A stretch of DNA of 20,000 nucleotides, from the IMG/VR virus record IMGVR_UViG_3300008120_010307; one strand, 5' to 3'. Under the pieces are notes generated by a model. The model had not been told where the DNA came from and made no database searches. It saw nothing but the letters and a program-made list of their open reading frames with translations. This document shows, piece after piece, positions 10,884 to 18,905 of the stretch. Each line of letters opens with the position of its first letter. Position 1 is the stretch's first letter. This DNA comes from an uncultured virus (IMG/VR IMGVR_UViG_3300008120_010307). Taxonomy: Duplodnaviria > Heunggongvirae > Uroviricota > Caudoviricetes. The position numbers and the translations under genes are program-made.

Positions 10884-10911
10884 AATTTTTGATTTGAAAT
10901 AAGTTTATTGT

Positions 10912-10919
10912 TATAAATA
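10912..10919 (-). promoter_or_regulatory. TATTTATA putative phage promoter motif
   Basis: 28 nt upstream of the ATG at 10883. Confidence 0.55.
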
Positions 10920-10949
10920 GTGTCGAATCGAAATATAAGAATGAAAAGA

Positions 10950-10957
10950 TATTTATT
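10950..10957 (+). promoter_or_regulatory. TATTTATT putative phage promoter motif
   Basis: 13 nt upstream of the ATG at 10971, divergent from the motif at 10912. Confidence 0.5.
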
Positions 10958-10970
10958 AAATAAAAATTAG

Positions 10971-12020
10971 ATGAAATTTTCCCAAATATTATCAGAAAAG
11001 GTTGATTACTCTGAGGAGTTGAAGGGTGATAGGAGAAGAGAGAACAAAGAGTGGGAACTTGATATCAATTGTCCACTTGAGGGTAGAAAGGCTTGGGCTT
11101 TGTTGTATTATTTAGAGTATGAGTCAGAGGTAGAGGTTCTCACACCCGAAGATTTGGAAAATAAAAAAAGAATTTCTGAAAAAATTGAGGAGTTGAACCA
11201 AACTTACAATACAACAGATGACGAAGATGAAAAAGCTGAATTATTGGATGAAATTTCTGATTTGGAAGACGAAATAGATGAATTCGATAATAAAATTGAT
11301 GTTTATGACATAATTCCAAACGGACAGTATTATGATATGACTCAATTTGAAATTCCCAAGGTAACGAGTAAAACATATGCAGTAGGTACAGAAACGGAGG
11401 TTCAAGAATCTGCGGAGGAATATGTAAGCCAGCTTATTGATGATATAGGTTACGAGGGATTTAGAAAAGGATTTATGGAAAATCACATCGATGAAGAAAA
11501 AGTTTTGAGTGAGTTTGAAAGTATTTTTGAAGACGATATCACGAATAATCCAGATGTGTATTTTGATGATGATGATAGAGAATTGTCTACTCAACAGAAG
11601 GAAAAAATAGAGATTTACAAAGAAAGAATATCTAAAGTTGAAGGACTCATTAGTTTGTTAGAAGAAAGACTTACAGGAGATGAAGATGTTGATGAATTGG
11701 TACAAGATAAAATCGATGAGTTACAAGAAGAAGTTGATGAAATGGAACAAGAAATAAGTGAAATTGAATCAAATCCTGAAGGGGATATCCCTCAACATTT
11801 GATTGATAGGGCTGTTGAGACAAAAATGACTGATATAAGTAGAAATCCCATCGAATATATGAATGATTATGGGATGGAAATCGATTATTATATTGACAGA
11901 GAAAGTTTTATAGATGGTGTAATCGACGAGGATGGATATGGGATGTTAGCCTCTTATGATGGTAACATGGACGAAAGAGAAGTTTTGGGACAATACTTTT
12001 GGGTATGTAGAATTGATTAA
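10971..12020 (+). CDS. Very acidic hypothetical protein with coiled-coil-like segments
   Basis: 349 aa ORF, extremely D/E-rich, with heptad-like stretches (ISEKIEELNQ; VQDKIDELQEEVDEMEQEISEIE). Confidence 0.8.
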   Translation: MKFSQILSEKVDYSEELKGDRRRENKEWELDINCPLEGRKAWALLYYLEYESEVEVLTPEDLENKKRISEKIEELNQTYNTTDDEDEKAELLDEISDLEDEIDEFDNKIDVYDIIPNGQYYDMTQFEIPKVTSKTYAVGTETEVQESAEEYVSQLIDDIGYEGFRKGFMENHIDEEKVLSEFESIFEDDITNNPDVYFDDDDRELSTQQKEKIEIYKERISKVEGLISLLEERLTGDEDVDELVQDKIDELQEEVDEMEQEISEIESNPEGDIPQHLIDRAVETKMTDISRNPIEYMNDYGMEIDYYIDRESFIDGVIDEDGYGMLASYDGNMDEREVLGQYFWVCRID

Positions 12021-12045
12021 ATTTTTTGGTTTAGTATTTTTAATT

Positions 12046-12831
12046 ATGCCGAGAAAGAAAAACATAAAATTCAAGTTAGACCCTGAATGGATGTTCAAAG
12101 AACCTTTGGATTTTGAATATAACAAATATACTGTCTTGGATTATATTCAAAAATGTGAGAAAAGATTTGACAAGCTTGAGATATATCCAGATTTTGTTGA
12201 GTTATCATTACACTTAGCAAATCTTCAATCCTTAGCCAAAGAAAATTTAATTCTTTTCACTACAAAAAAATTTGAATCTTGTGATGATGAAATTCTTCTA
12301 AAAGAATTATTACCAAAAAAACCAAGAGAACTTTCTCCTGAAGAAGAATCTGAACTTGATAAAACAATAAAATTCTCTGGTTCTAAACTTTTCGACACTT
12401 TTAATATTGGAAAATCTATTTGGAATTTAGCCTTCGACAACATTCATTTATCAATTAGAAAGAACAAGGAAAACATATCAACAGGTAGAGGATTTGTTTA
12501 TTTTTATTTCAAAGAAATTGAAAAACTTTTTATATGGGAGTATGAAATCAAAAAGTTAGATAAAGGTGAACAACAAACTAAGTTATATTTAAAATTACTT
12601 TACGAAGGACCCAAAACAGATATAGTAATAGGTAAACTTATTTTAGAAACCTCAACTTGGAAAGAAATATCTGGTTGTGAGTTATTACCTATATTCGAAG
12701 TAAAAACTTCCCAAAACTTCCCGATGGAACAAACTTTCATTCCAATGATGAAGAGAAAACTTATGACTTATGTTTATCAAATTGTCAACATGGAAATTCT
12801 AAAAAACTTTGACACTTCAATACAATTGTAA
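12046..12831 (+). CDS. Hypothetical protein
   Basis: Long ORF. The start was moved to the ATG at 12046 (MPRKKNIKF) to avoid a 65 nt overlap. Contains the motif DFEYNKYTVLDYIQ. Confidence 0.75.
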   Translation: MPRKKNIKFKLDPEWMFKEPLDFEYNKYTVLDYIQKCEKRFDKLEIYPDFVELSLHLANLQSLAKENLILFTTKKFESCDDEILLKELLPKKPRELSPEEESELDKTIKFSGSKLFDTFNIGKSIWNLAFDNIHLSIRKNKENISTGRGFVYFYFKEIEKLFIWEYEIKKLDKGEQQTKLYLKLLYEGPKTDIVIGKLILETSTWKEISGCELLPIFEVKTSQNFPMEQTFIPMMKRKLMTYVYQIVNMEILKNFDTSIQL

Positions 12832-12839
12832 TATATTTG
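12808..12839 (+). promoter_or_regulatory. Bacteroidota-type sigma-A promoter (-33 TTTG / -7 TAnnTTTG)
   Basis: TTTG at 12808-12811, a 20 nt spacer, and TATATTTG at 12832-12839, immediately upstream of the ATG at 12844. Confidence 0.7.
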
Positions 12840-12843
12840 TGTC

Positions 12844-13059
12844 ATGGGTTTCAATAAAAGATACGTGGATTCAAAAAATAGTATTTTCGCACTCGAATCT
12901 AATAATCTTAAAGGTTATTATGGTAAAAGCGATGCATTGATTTTCGAAGATTCTTTAAGTTCGAAAATTTACGACCTATACAAAGAAGGTAAGTCTGACA
13001 AAGAAATTTTATCAATTATAAACCAAAACATGGAGGAAAAAACCAATGAAGTGTATTAA
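12844..13059 (+). CDS. Hypothetical protein (71 aa)
   Basis: First ORF after the promoter and part of a tightly packed run. Confidence 0.7.
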   Translation: MGFNKRYVDSKNSIFALESNNLKGYYGKSDALIFEDSLSSKIYDLYKEGKSDKEILSIINQNMEEKTNEVY

Positions 13060-13291
13060 ATCAATCAAGGAAACCAAAGATGTTGCTCTCGGAACAATTA
13101 GGAGAGTCGAAGACAAAGTTGCAAACAACATGGTAGGTAACTATTGGGCTTACGTTTCTAAATCTGAGTGGAAAAAAGAAACAAGAAAATCCAAACCTAC
13201 CGAACAGGAAACTGAACAAGTTACTGAACAAGTAGAAAAGAAACCGTATAAAAAAGGACAACGTTCCGAAAAACATAAAAACAAAAAATAA
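13046..13291 (+). CDS. Basic hypothetical protein (81 aa)
   Basis: Lys-rich ORF with TAATG coupling to the next gene. Confidence 0.7.
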   Translation: MKCIKSIKETKDVALGTIRRVEDKVANNMVGNYWAYVSKSEWKKETRKSKPTEQETEQVTEQVEKKPYKKGQRSEKHKNKK

Positions 13292-13506
13292 TGGCAGAAG
13301 TAAAAAAACATTTAATCAAAATGCTTGAGCTTGAAGCTGAAGCACAGAAAGCCAAAGCTCTTCTAACTTTGGAACTATTATCTAACCACGCGGCAGGAAT
13401 AGGCGACCATTCAACAGGAGATTTCTACAAAAATGCAGAAGAAGCTCTACAAATGTTGGTTGACGCTGATGATAAACTTGAAGCGATAAAAAAATATTTT
13501 CTATGA
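13291..13506 (+). CDS. Hypothetical helical-hairpin phage protein with GIGDH motif
   Basis: Two amphipathic helices around AAGIGDHS. Coupled to neighbours by TAATG and ATGA overlaps. Confidence 0.75.
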   Translation: MAEVKKHLIKMLELEAEAQKAKALLTLELLSNHAAGIGDHSTGDFYKNAEEALQMLVDADDKLEAIKKYFL

Positions 13507-13709
13507 AAAGATTTACTATAACAGGTGTGAGAACTATCGATGAATATGTTACTTATACTGTCGAAGCGGAAACTGAAGATGAAGCAATTGAGATGGTTGA
13601 GAATGGTGAAGTTGATGATAACGATGACCATTGGCAACGTGAAACATCAGGAGGAGAAGATTATACCGTTACTAATGTTGAAGAATTAGAAGAAGATGAA
13701 GAAGAATAA
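13503..13709 (+). CDS. Small acidic hypothetical protein
   Basis: ATGA overlap. Contains VEAETEDEAIEMV, a pattern common in small phage proteins. Confidence 0.7.
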   Translation: MKRFTITGVRTIDEYVTYTVEAETEDEAIEMVENGEVDDNDDHWQRETSGGEDYTVTNVEELEEDEEE

Positions 13710-13827
13710 ATTTTTCAAAAAACTTGAGTGGTATTTTGATTACTACGTTGCCTATTTTCTCTACAATGGAAACAAACAAGACAGATACGTGCAGTACATG
13801 CAAAAAAAGTGGGGAGATAGAAAATAA
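13696..13827 (+). CDS. 43-aa aromatic-rich micro-protein (absent from the ORF track)
   Basis: Translates as MKKNKFFKKLEWYFDYYVAYFLYNGNKQDRYVQYMQKKWGDRK*. It fills the gap before the sulfotransferase domain. Confidence 0.6.
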   Translation: MKKNKFFKKLEWYFDYYVAYFLYNGNKQDRYVQYMQKKWGDRK

Positions 13828-13834
13828 TTATGGG

Positions 13835-14425
13835 CTGAATATTTCAGAGGAACACAAAACTTTTCTTTGGTTGTGGGCTAAAACCGGCACATCCCATTTG
13901 AAACAAAATATGAAATATTTTGGTTTCAATTTTTATATGTTCGATGGCGGTAAAAGAAGTTTTTTATCTAAAGGAATCACTCAGCAACACACTTGTCAAT
14001 TATTTGAAGGGCACCATGATTATAAGATGTTAGCTACGGCTAGAAATCCCTACTCAAGATATGTTTCTTTCTATATAATGGCAAAAAAGGATGAAGCAAC
14101 AATCGAAAATTTTGATGATTTTTTAGAAACACAAATATTTCATCATACAAATTTCGATTGTGTAACTTTTCACGATAGAATCCCTGATTATTTTGTTAGA
14201 GTTGAAAATTTATTCGAGGACTATTCCAAAATTCCTTTCGTTGTTAAAAGTGATTATTATAAATCAGGACTTTTGGAAGAATTTTGTAATAAAAAAATAA
14301 ATAAATCAAAGTTTGAAGTTGATTGGAAAGATTATTATAATCAATCAATGGCTGATTTAGTTTTTTATAACACTCAAAATTATTTTGAAATCTTAGGTTA
14401 CGATAAAAATTCTTGGAAAAAATAA
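13835..14425 (+). CDS. Sulfotransferase-family protein (Sulfotransfer_2-like); start uncertain (ATG 13766, CTG 13835, or out-of-frame ATG 13830)
   Basis: 5'-PSB-like LWAKTGTS, 3'-PB-like ARNPYSRYVSFY, DYFVRVENLFED, and C-terminal WKDYY...FEILGY. Confidence 0.8.
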   Translation: MNISEEHKTFLWLWAKTGTSHLKQNMKYFGFNFYMFDGGKRSFLSKGITQQHTCQLFEGHHDYKMLATARNPYSRYVSFYIMAKKDEATIENFDDFLETQIFHHTNFDCVTFHDRIPDYFVRVENLFEDYSKIPFVVKSDYYKSGLLEEFCNKKINKSKFEVDWKDYYNQSMADLVFYNTQNYFEILGYDKNSWKK

Positions 14426-14431
14426 AAATAT

Positions 14432-14656
14432 ATGAATACTGAAATGGTCAATGGACCGATTCACTACGGTGGTGCGGATAATCCTTATGAAGTGATTAAA
14501 GTTTGTGAAGCGTGGGGTTTGGATAAGGACGCATATTTGTTCAATGTTGTAAAATATATTGCTCGTGCCGGTATCAAAGACCCCTCTAAAGAACTCGAAG
14601 ACCTTAAAAAGGCTCAATTTTATTTGGATAGAAGAATTAAAAATTTGGAAAAATGA
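14432..14656 (+). CDS. DUF3310-family protein (SaV / T7 gp1.7 nucleotide kinase-like)
   Basis: MVNGPIHY...EVIKV...NVVKYIARAGIK...EDLKKAQFYL signature. Confidence 0.85.
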   Translation: MNTEMVNGPIHYGGADNPYEVIKVCEAWGLDKDAYLFNVVKYIARAGIKDPSKELEDLKKAQFYLDRRIKNLEK

Positions 14657-15093
14657 TTATTTGGCTAACAGGTCAACCTGGTTCGGGTAAAACAACTATC
14701 TGTGAACAGATTATGTCTATTCACACAGAGTTTTTCCATGTTGATGGGGATGACCTAAGAGATTTATTTGACAATAAAGATTACTCTAAAACAGGTAGAA
14801 GAAAGAATATTGAACTTGCTCAACAAATATCTCAATATCTTCACAACCAGGGAGTTGATGTTTTAGTATCTTTAGTTTCCCCATATAAAGACCAAAGGGA
14901 TAGGTTCAAGGAAAAGATGGGGGATGATTTGAGAGAAGTCTACGTTCATACATCAGAAAAAAGAGGTAGAGAACAATTCTTTGTTAAAGAATACAATGAA
15001 CCAACAGAAAACTATCTTGAGATTGATACAACCAATGAAAGTATAGTTGAGTCAGCAAAAAAAGTTTTAGATTATGCGAAAAATTCACGTTGA
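14653..15093 (+). CDS. cysC: Adenylyl-sulfate (APS) kinase
   Basis: IIWLTGQPGSGKTT P-loop, VDGDDLR, DYSKTGRRKNI, VSLVSPY, EVYV and YNEP...IDT. Confidence 0.85.
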   Translation: MIIWLTGQPGSGKTTICEQIMSIHTEFFHVDGDDLRDLFDNKDYSKTGRRKNIELAQQISQYLHNQGVDVLVSLVSPYKDQRDRFKEKMGDDLREVYVHTSEKRGREQFFVKEYNEPTENYLEIDTTNESIVESAKKVLDYAKNSR

Positions 15094-15475
15094 GGGTGAC
15101 CCGAAATTAAAAAATACTGGAGGTAAGCAATATTCTATGTTTGTGGGACGGTTCCAACCATTTCACGGGGGACATCGATGGATTGTGGATGAATGTCTGA
15201 ACGAAGGAAAAAATGTTTTAATTTGTATAAGAGATATTCAACCTGATGATAAAAATCCTTTTAGTGCTCAAGAAGTTGAATCCAATATCAAAAAAGAGTT
15301 GTGGAAATATTTGACCGACGAGAAAGTAAAAGTTATGATTATACCTGATATCGAATCTGTCAATTTTGGTAGAGGTGTTGGTTATGATATAATCGAACAC
15401 ATACCACCTCAAGAGGTTGGGGAGATATCTGCAACAAAAATTAGAGAAGAATTAAAAAAAGAAGGAAAATTATAA
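15074..15475 (+). CDS. HIGH-superfamily (cytidylyltransferase-like) nucleotidyltransferase
   Basis: GRFQPFHGGH, KNPFS and a C-terminal ISATKIR. Confidence 0.85.
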   Translation: MRKIHVEGDPKLKNTGGKQYSMFVGRFQPFHGGHRWIVDECLNEGKNVLICIRDIQPDDKNPFSAQEVESNIKKELWKYLTDEKVKVMIIPDIESVNFGRGVGYDIIEHIPPQEVGEISATKIREELKKEGKL

Positions 15476-16329
15476 TGCAAACTAATAAGATATATCAAGG
15501 TGATTGTATCGAGGTTATGAAAACATTTCCCGAAAATTCAATTGACCTCATAGTAACATCTCCACCCTATGGTGTAGGAATCGATTATGACACTTTTGAA
15601 GACGACATCCCTTTTGAAGATTATAAATTGTTTTCAACAAACTGGATGACAGAAGCTTTCAGAGTGTTGAAGGAAGATGGGAGAATTGCTTTGAACATTC
15701 CCTATGAAATAAATCGTCAGAGTCAGGGTGGAAGAATTTTCATGGCATCAGAACTTTGGCAGATAATGCAAAAAATTGGATTCAAGTTTTTTGGGATTGT
15801 TGACCTCAAAGAAAATTCTCCTCATAGGAGTAAAACCACCGCATGGGGTTCTTGGATGTCACCATCCGCACCGTACATTTACAACCCCAAGGAGTGTGTT
15901 ATTTTGGCGTACAAGAAAAACCACATAAAGAAAGTAAAAGGTCAACCAGAGTGGGTAGGAATCCCTGAGGAGGTCACCAACGAAGAGGGAAAGACCCGAA
16001 CTAAAATGATGTATACTGAAGAACAGAAAAGAGAGTTCATGGATTTAGTTTACGGGGAGTGGGATTATTTTGCCGACACGAAACAATTGACAAAGGCAAC
16101 ATTTTCATTAGATATTCCTTTAAAGGCAATAAAAATTTTAACTTATAAAAATGATTTGGTTCTTGACCCTTTTGCTGGTAGTGGAACAAGTTTGGTTGCT
16201 GCAGTTATTTCCGACCGTAATTGGATTGGTATCGAGCTTAGTGAAAACTACTGTGGAGTCGCTCAAAAACGAGTACAACATTTCATAGATAAAAAAAACC
16301 AACCTGAACTTGATTTTGAAAAGGGGTAA
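15475..16329 (+). CDS. DNA methyltransferase, N6_N4_Mtase beta class (SPPY suggests N4-cytosine)
   Basis: GDCIEVM, DLIVTSPPY catalytic motif, and VLDPFAGSGTS...IGIEL SAM-binding motif. Confidence 0.92.
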   Translation: MQTNKIYQGDCIEVMKTFPENSIDLIVTSPPYGVGIDYDTFEDDIPFEDYKLFSTNWMTEAFRVLKEDGRIALNIPYEINRQSQGGRIFMASELWQIMQKIGFKFFGIVDLKENSPHRSKTTAWGSWMSPSAPYIYNPKECVILAYKKNHIKKVKGQPEWVGIPEEVTNEEGKTRTKMMYTEEQKREFMDLVYGEWDYFADTKQLTKATFSLDIPLKAIKILTYKNDLVLDPFAGSGTSLVAAVISDRNWIGIELSENYCGVAQKRVQHFIDKKNQPELDFEKG

Positions 16330-16342
16330 TACCCCTTTTTTT
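16319..16342 (+). terminator. Intrinsic terminator
   Basis: AAAAGGGGT-AAT-ACCCCTTTTTTT overlapping the methyltransferase stop codon. Confidence 0.75.
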
Positions 16343-16352
16343 CTTTTCAGTA

Positions 16353-16360
16353 TATTTATA
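16353..16360 (+). promoter_or_regulatory. TATTTATA putative phage promoter motif
   Basis: Directly after the terminator and 14 nt before the ATG at 16375. Confidence 0.6.
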
Positions 16361-16374
16361 ATTAAATTATTTTG

Positions 16375-16746
16375 ATGACTGAAGAATTGATAAAGAAACT
16401 CGTTCAGATGCAACTTCAATGGAAGTTTTTACATTGGCAAACTTTTGGGGATGCTAAACACAGAGTTTATGGAGAAATTTACGATGGTTTAGGTGACCTG
16501 ATTGATGAGTTTACTGAAACCATGATGGGAAAGTATGGTAGACCTAAGTTTGATGATGAGTTTGCTTTGATGTTTCAAGATATATCAAGTCTCAGTATTC
16601 AGAACTTTGTCGATGGAATAGTTGAATTTTTGGTTTCTATGTCTGAAGAATTGGACCCAAAATACGATACTGACTTGTTGAATATCAGAGATGAGATGCT
16701 CGGATTGATAAATAAATCAAAATTCCTTTTAACACTTAAATACTAA
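16375..16746 (+). CDS. Ferritin/Dps-like four-helix protein (DUF5856-like)
   Basis: FLHWQT...AKHRVYGEIYDGLGDLIDEFTETMMGKYGR...LLNIRDEML. Confidence 0.8.
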   Translation: MTEELIKKLVQMQLQWKFLHWQTFGDAKHRVYGEIYDGLGDLIDEFTETMMGKYGRPKFDDEFALMFQDISSLSIQNFVDGIVEFLVSMSEELDPKYDTDLLNIRDEMLGLINKSKFLLTLKY

Positions 16747-17111
16747 TGAAGAAAATTGTCAGACTTACCGAAACAGATTTGGAAAGAATCGTAACAAGGG
16801 TTATAAATGAACAAAATGAAACAAGAAGTTTCATTAGAGCAATACAAAGATTTTTAATTGATAAAAAAATTACCGGAGACAATAAAAAACCTCTAACCGT
16901 TGACGGTAGAACTGATAATAATTTGACCTCTCAAACGGCACAGGCAATATCAAAATACCAATCTATGATAGGAGTTTATCCTGCGGATGGAGTTTGGGAA
17001 ATAAATACTTGGGAGAAAATGCCGAAGGAAGACCAAAAAAAGTTAAAAAAACTGATGGCTGAAGAAGGTGACATTTTCGATAAATTCTTACATTGGATGG
17101 GTTGGGATTGA
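16746..17111 (+). CDS. Peptidoglycan-binding-domain protein with N-terminal LTExDL leader
   Basis: IRAIQRFL...LTVDGR...TAQAISKYQSMIG...ADGVW...T resembles PG_binding_1. Confidence 0.7.
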   Translation: MKKIVRLTETDLERIVTRVINEQNETRSFIRAIQRFLIDKKITGDNKKPLTVDGRTDNNLTSQTAQAISKYQSMIGVYPADGVWEINTWEKMPKEDQKKLKKLMAEEGDIFDKFLHWMGWD

Positions 17112-18505
17112 TGAAAAAAATTTTAAAAGAAACAGGTATAAGAGACATTTCGGCTTTGAGGAAGAGATATCCCAAAGCCGAAATTTATTTTCACCAAGAC
17201 TTAGACGGTGTCACTACCGCTATAGCGATGAAAAAATATCTTGAGGACAATGGGATTGAAGTTGTTGGTGCACATATAATTCAATATGGTGACAAAGAGT
17301 TTGCTGTAAAAAAAAATGATGCCGAAGGTGACACGATGCCTGTGCTAGTCGATTTTGCTCACGGGAAGCCGATGTTTAAAATTCACACGGACCACCACGA
17401 TAAACAAGTCGGTGCTGAAAAAGAAACATCCAAATCATTTAGACAAGCTCGTTCTAACGTTGAAACAATATCTCAAATTGTTTCACCTAAAGATTTATTT
17501 CCATCTTCAGACATACGTTTGATAAGCACTGTTGATTCTGCAGATTTCGCTAGAAATGAAATTACTCCCGAGGATGTAATAAATTACATTTTTAGATTTG
17601 ATAAAGAGAAACCTCTACAAAAGAACAAAATGCTTTTGGGATTGGTTATAAATAAACTTATTTTAGCCTTCAAGAACAGACGTGGGTTTATGGAAAATCT
17701 TGTAATGGATTCTGAGCCATCTCTGCTTTCGATTCTCACGAACATAAGAAAGTGGATGAAAGAAACAGGGGCTGAACAACCCGAAAAATTACAATCCCAT
17801 TCTCAAGATTATTCACAAAGAATGAAATCTTATCATGGTTTGGAAGTAGATGGGAGTATTTTAACTCAGTACGGTGGTGGGGATATGAGGAAAGCAGGTT
17901 CCTATGATAGGTACACCCCATTCAAGAACAATCCTGATGCGGATTTTTTGATTATGATTTGGCCTATGGGATTGTTACAAGTTTCGTGTAATCCATTCAA
18001 AAAAGATAGAGAACTCAAAGGTGTGAATCTCGGAGAAATTGCCCAAGAGGTTTTATCAAAATGGAAAGATAAATTACAATCAAGGGTAATACCCCTATCA
18101 ACAATCAAATGGATTAGTGAAACTTCGGTGAATCCTGAAAGTGTAGGTTTCACATTTAAAGATTTTGATGCTCTTTATGGTGGTAAAATTCAATATATGC
18201 AAGGTGGTAAAGAAATTTTGTCACAAATAAAGGAAATGATGAACAAACCTTTTGTTAAACTTACGGATGAAGAAAAAAATATTTTAGACAAATTAGGAAT
18301 CAATGCTTGGGAACTACTTCAGTCCATGTCAGGTGGACATAAATGTATTACAAACATAAGTGGTTTAAATTATTTAGGTAGAAGTAAGAGACCGCCTGAA
18401 GGGAACTATAGATGGGACCCTGAAAAGGAAGATGCTCCATACATTAAATTTCTTAAAATGTTAGCATCAGAATTCAAAAAAACATTGAAATCCAAAATTC
18501 ACTAA
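17111..18505 (+). CDS. DHH-superfamily phosphoesterase-like protein
   Basis: YFHQDLDG, LVDFA, HTDHH, TVDSAD and a late SGGHK (DHHA1-like GGH). Start taken at the ATG at 17111 via a TGATG overlap. Confidence 0.8.
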   Translation: MKKILKETGIRDISALRKRYPKAEIYFHQDLDGVTTAIAMKKYLEDNGIEVVGAHIIQYGDKEFAVKKNDAEGDTMPVLVDFAHGKPMFKIHTDHHDKQVGAEKETSKSFRQARSNVETISQIVSPKDLFPSSDIRLISTVDSADFARNEITPEDVINYIFRFDKEKPLQKNKMLLGLVINKLILAFKNRRGFMENLVMDSEPSLLSILTNIRKWMKETGAEQPEKLQSHSQDYSQRMKSYHGLEVDGSILTQYGGGDMRKAGSYDRYTPFKNNPDADFLIMIWPMGLLQVSCNPFKKDRELKGVNLGEIAQEVLSKWKDKLQSRVIPLSTIKWISETSVNPESVGFTFKDFDALYGGKIQYMQGGKEILSQIKEMMNKPFVKLTDEEKNILDKLGINAWELLQSMSGGHKCITNISGLNYLGRSKRPPEGNYRWDPEKEDAPYIKFLKMLASEFKKTLKSKIH

Positions 18506-18540
18506 AATGGTTAGAATTTCTGACTAAAATCTTCAAAAGA

Positions 18541-18891
18541 TTATCTTATTACATAATCCACCCTATCACCTTCATTGATATCTAAATCCCAACAGGTCCC
18601 ACCCTGAACCTCGAACACAACATTTCCAGGACCACAATAAGACATACAATCATCCTCTTCACAAGGAGGACAATCGTGATGAATTTTTGTTATAATATTA
18701 TCTTTGATTATTATAATATCCAAATCAATAATACAATTTTTCATCCAAAAACATTGTTCCTTTCCACCCATAAGAAATAACAATCCTTGAAAATCATCAT
18801 CAAATACTTTTCCCATCATCCCTTTCATTTGAGATTTTTTATCCAACAAAACCTTTGATTTGAATTCGTTATTTTTTATCTTTACAATCAT
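18541..18891 (-). CDS. DUF192-family protein
   Basis: KGMMG...GLLF...FWMKNCIIDLDII...PPC...VFEVQGG...INEGDRV. Confidence 0.85.
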   Translation of the reverse strand: MIVKIKNNEFKSKVLLDKKSQMKGMMGKVFDDDFQGLLFLMGGKEQCFWMKNCIIDLDIIIIKDNIITKIHHDCPPCEEDDCMSYCGPGNVVFEVQGGTCWDLDINEGDRVDYVIR

Positions 18892-18903
18892 ATTTAATAA
18901 ATA
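18891..18903. promoter_or_regulatory. Palindromic TATTTA-A-TAAATA element between divergent genes
   Basis: Reads TATTTATT on the minus strand and TATTTAAT on the plus strand, spanning a 14 nt divergent gap. Confidence 0.45.
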
Positions 18904-18905
18904 CT

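Noticed and set aside
15475..16329. Restriction-modification system
   Set aside because: No cognate endonuclease is nearby, so this appears to be an orphan phage methyltransferase.
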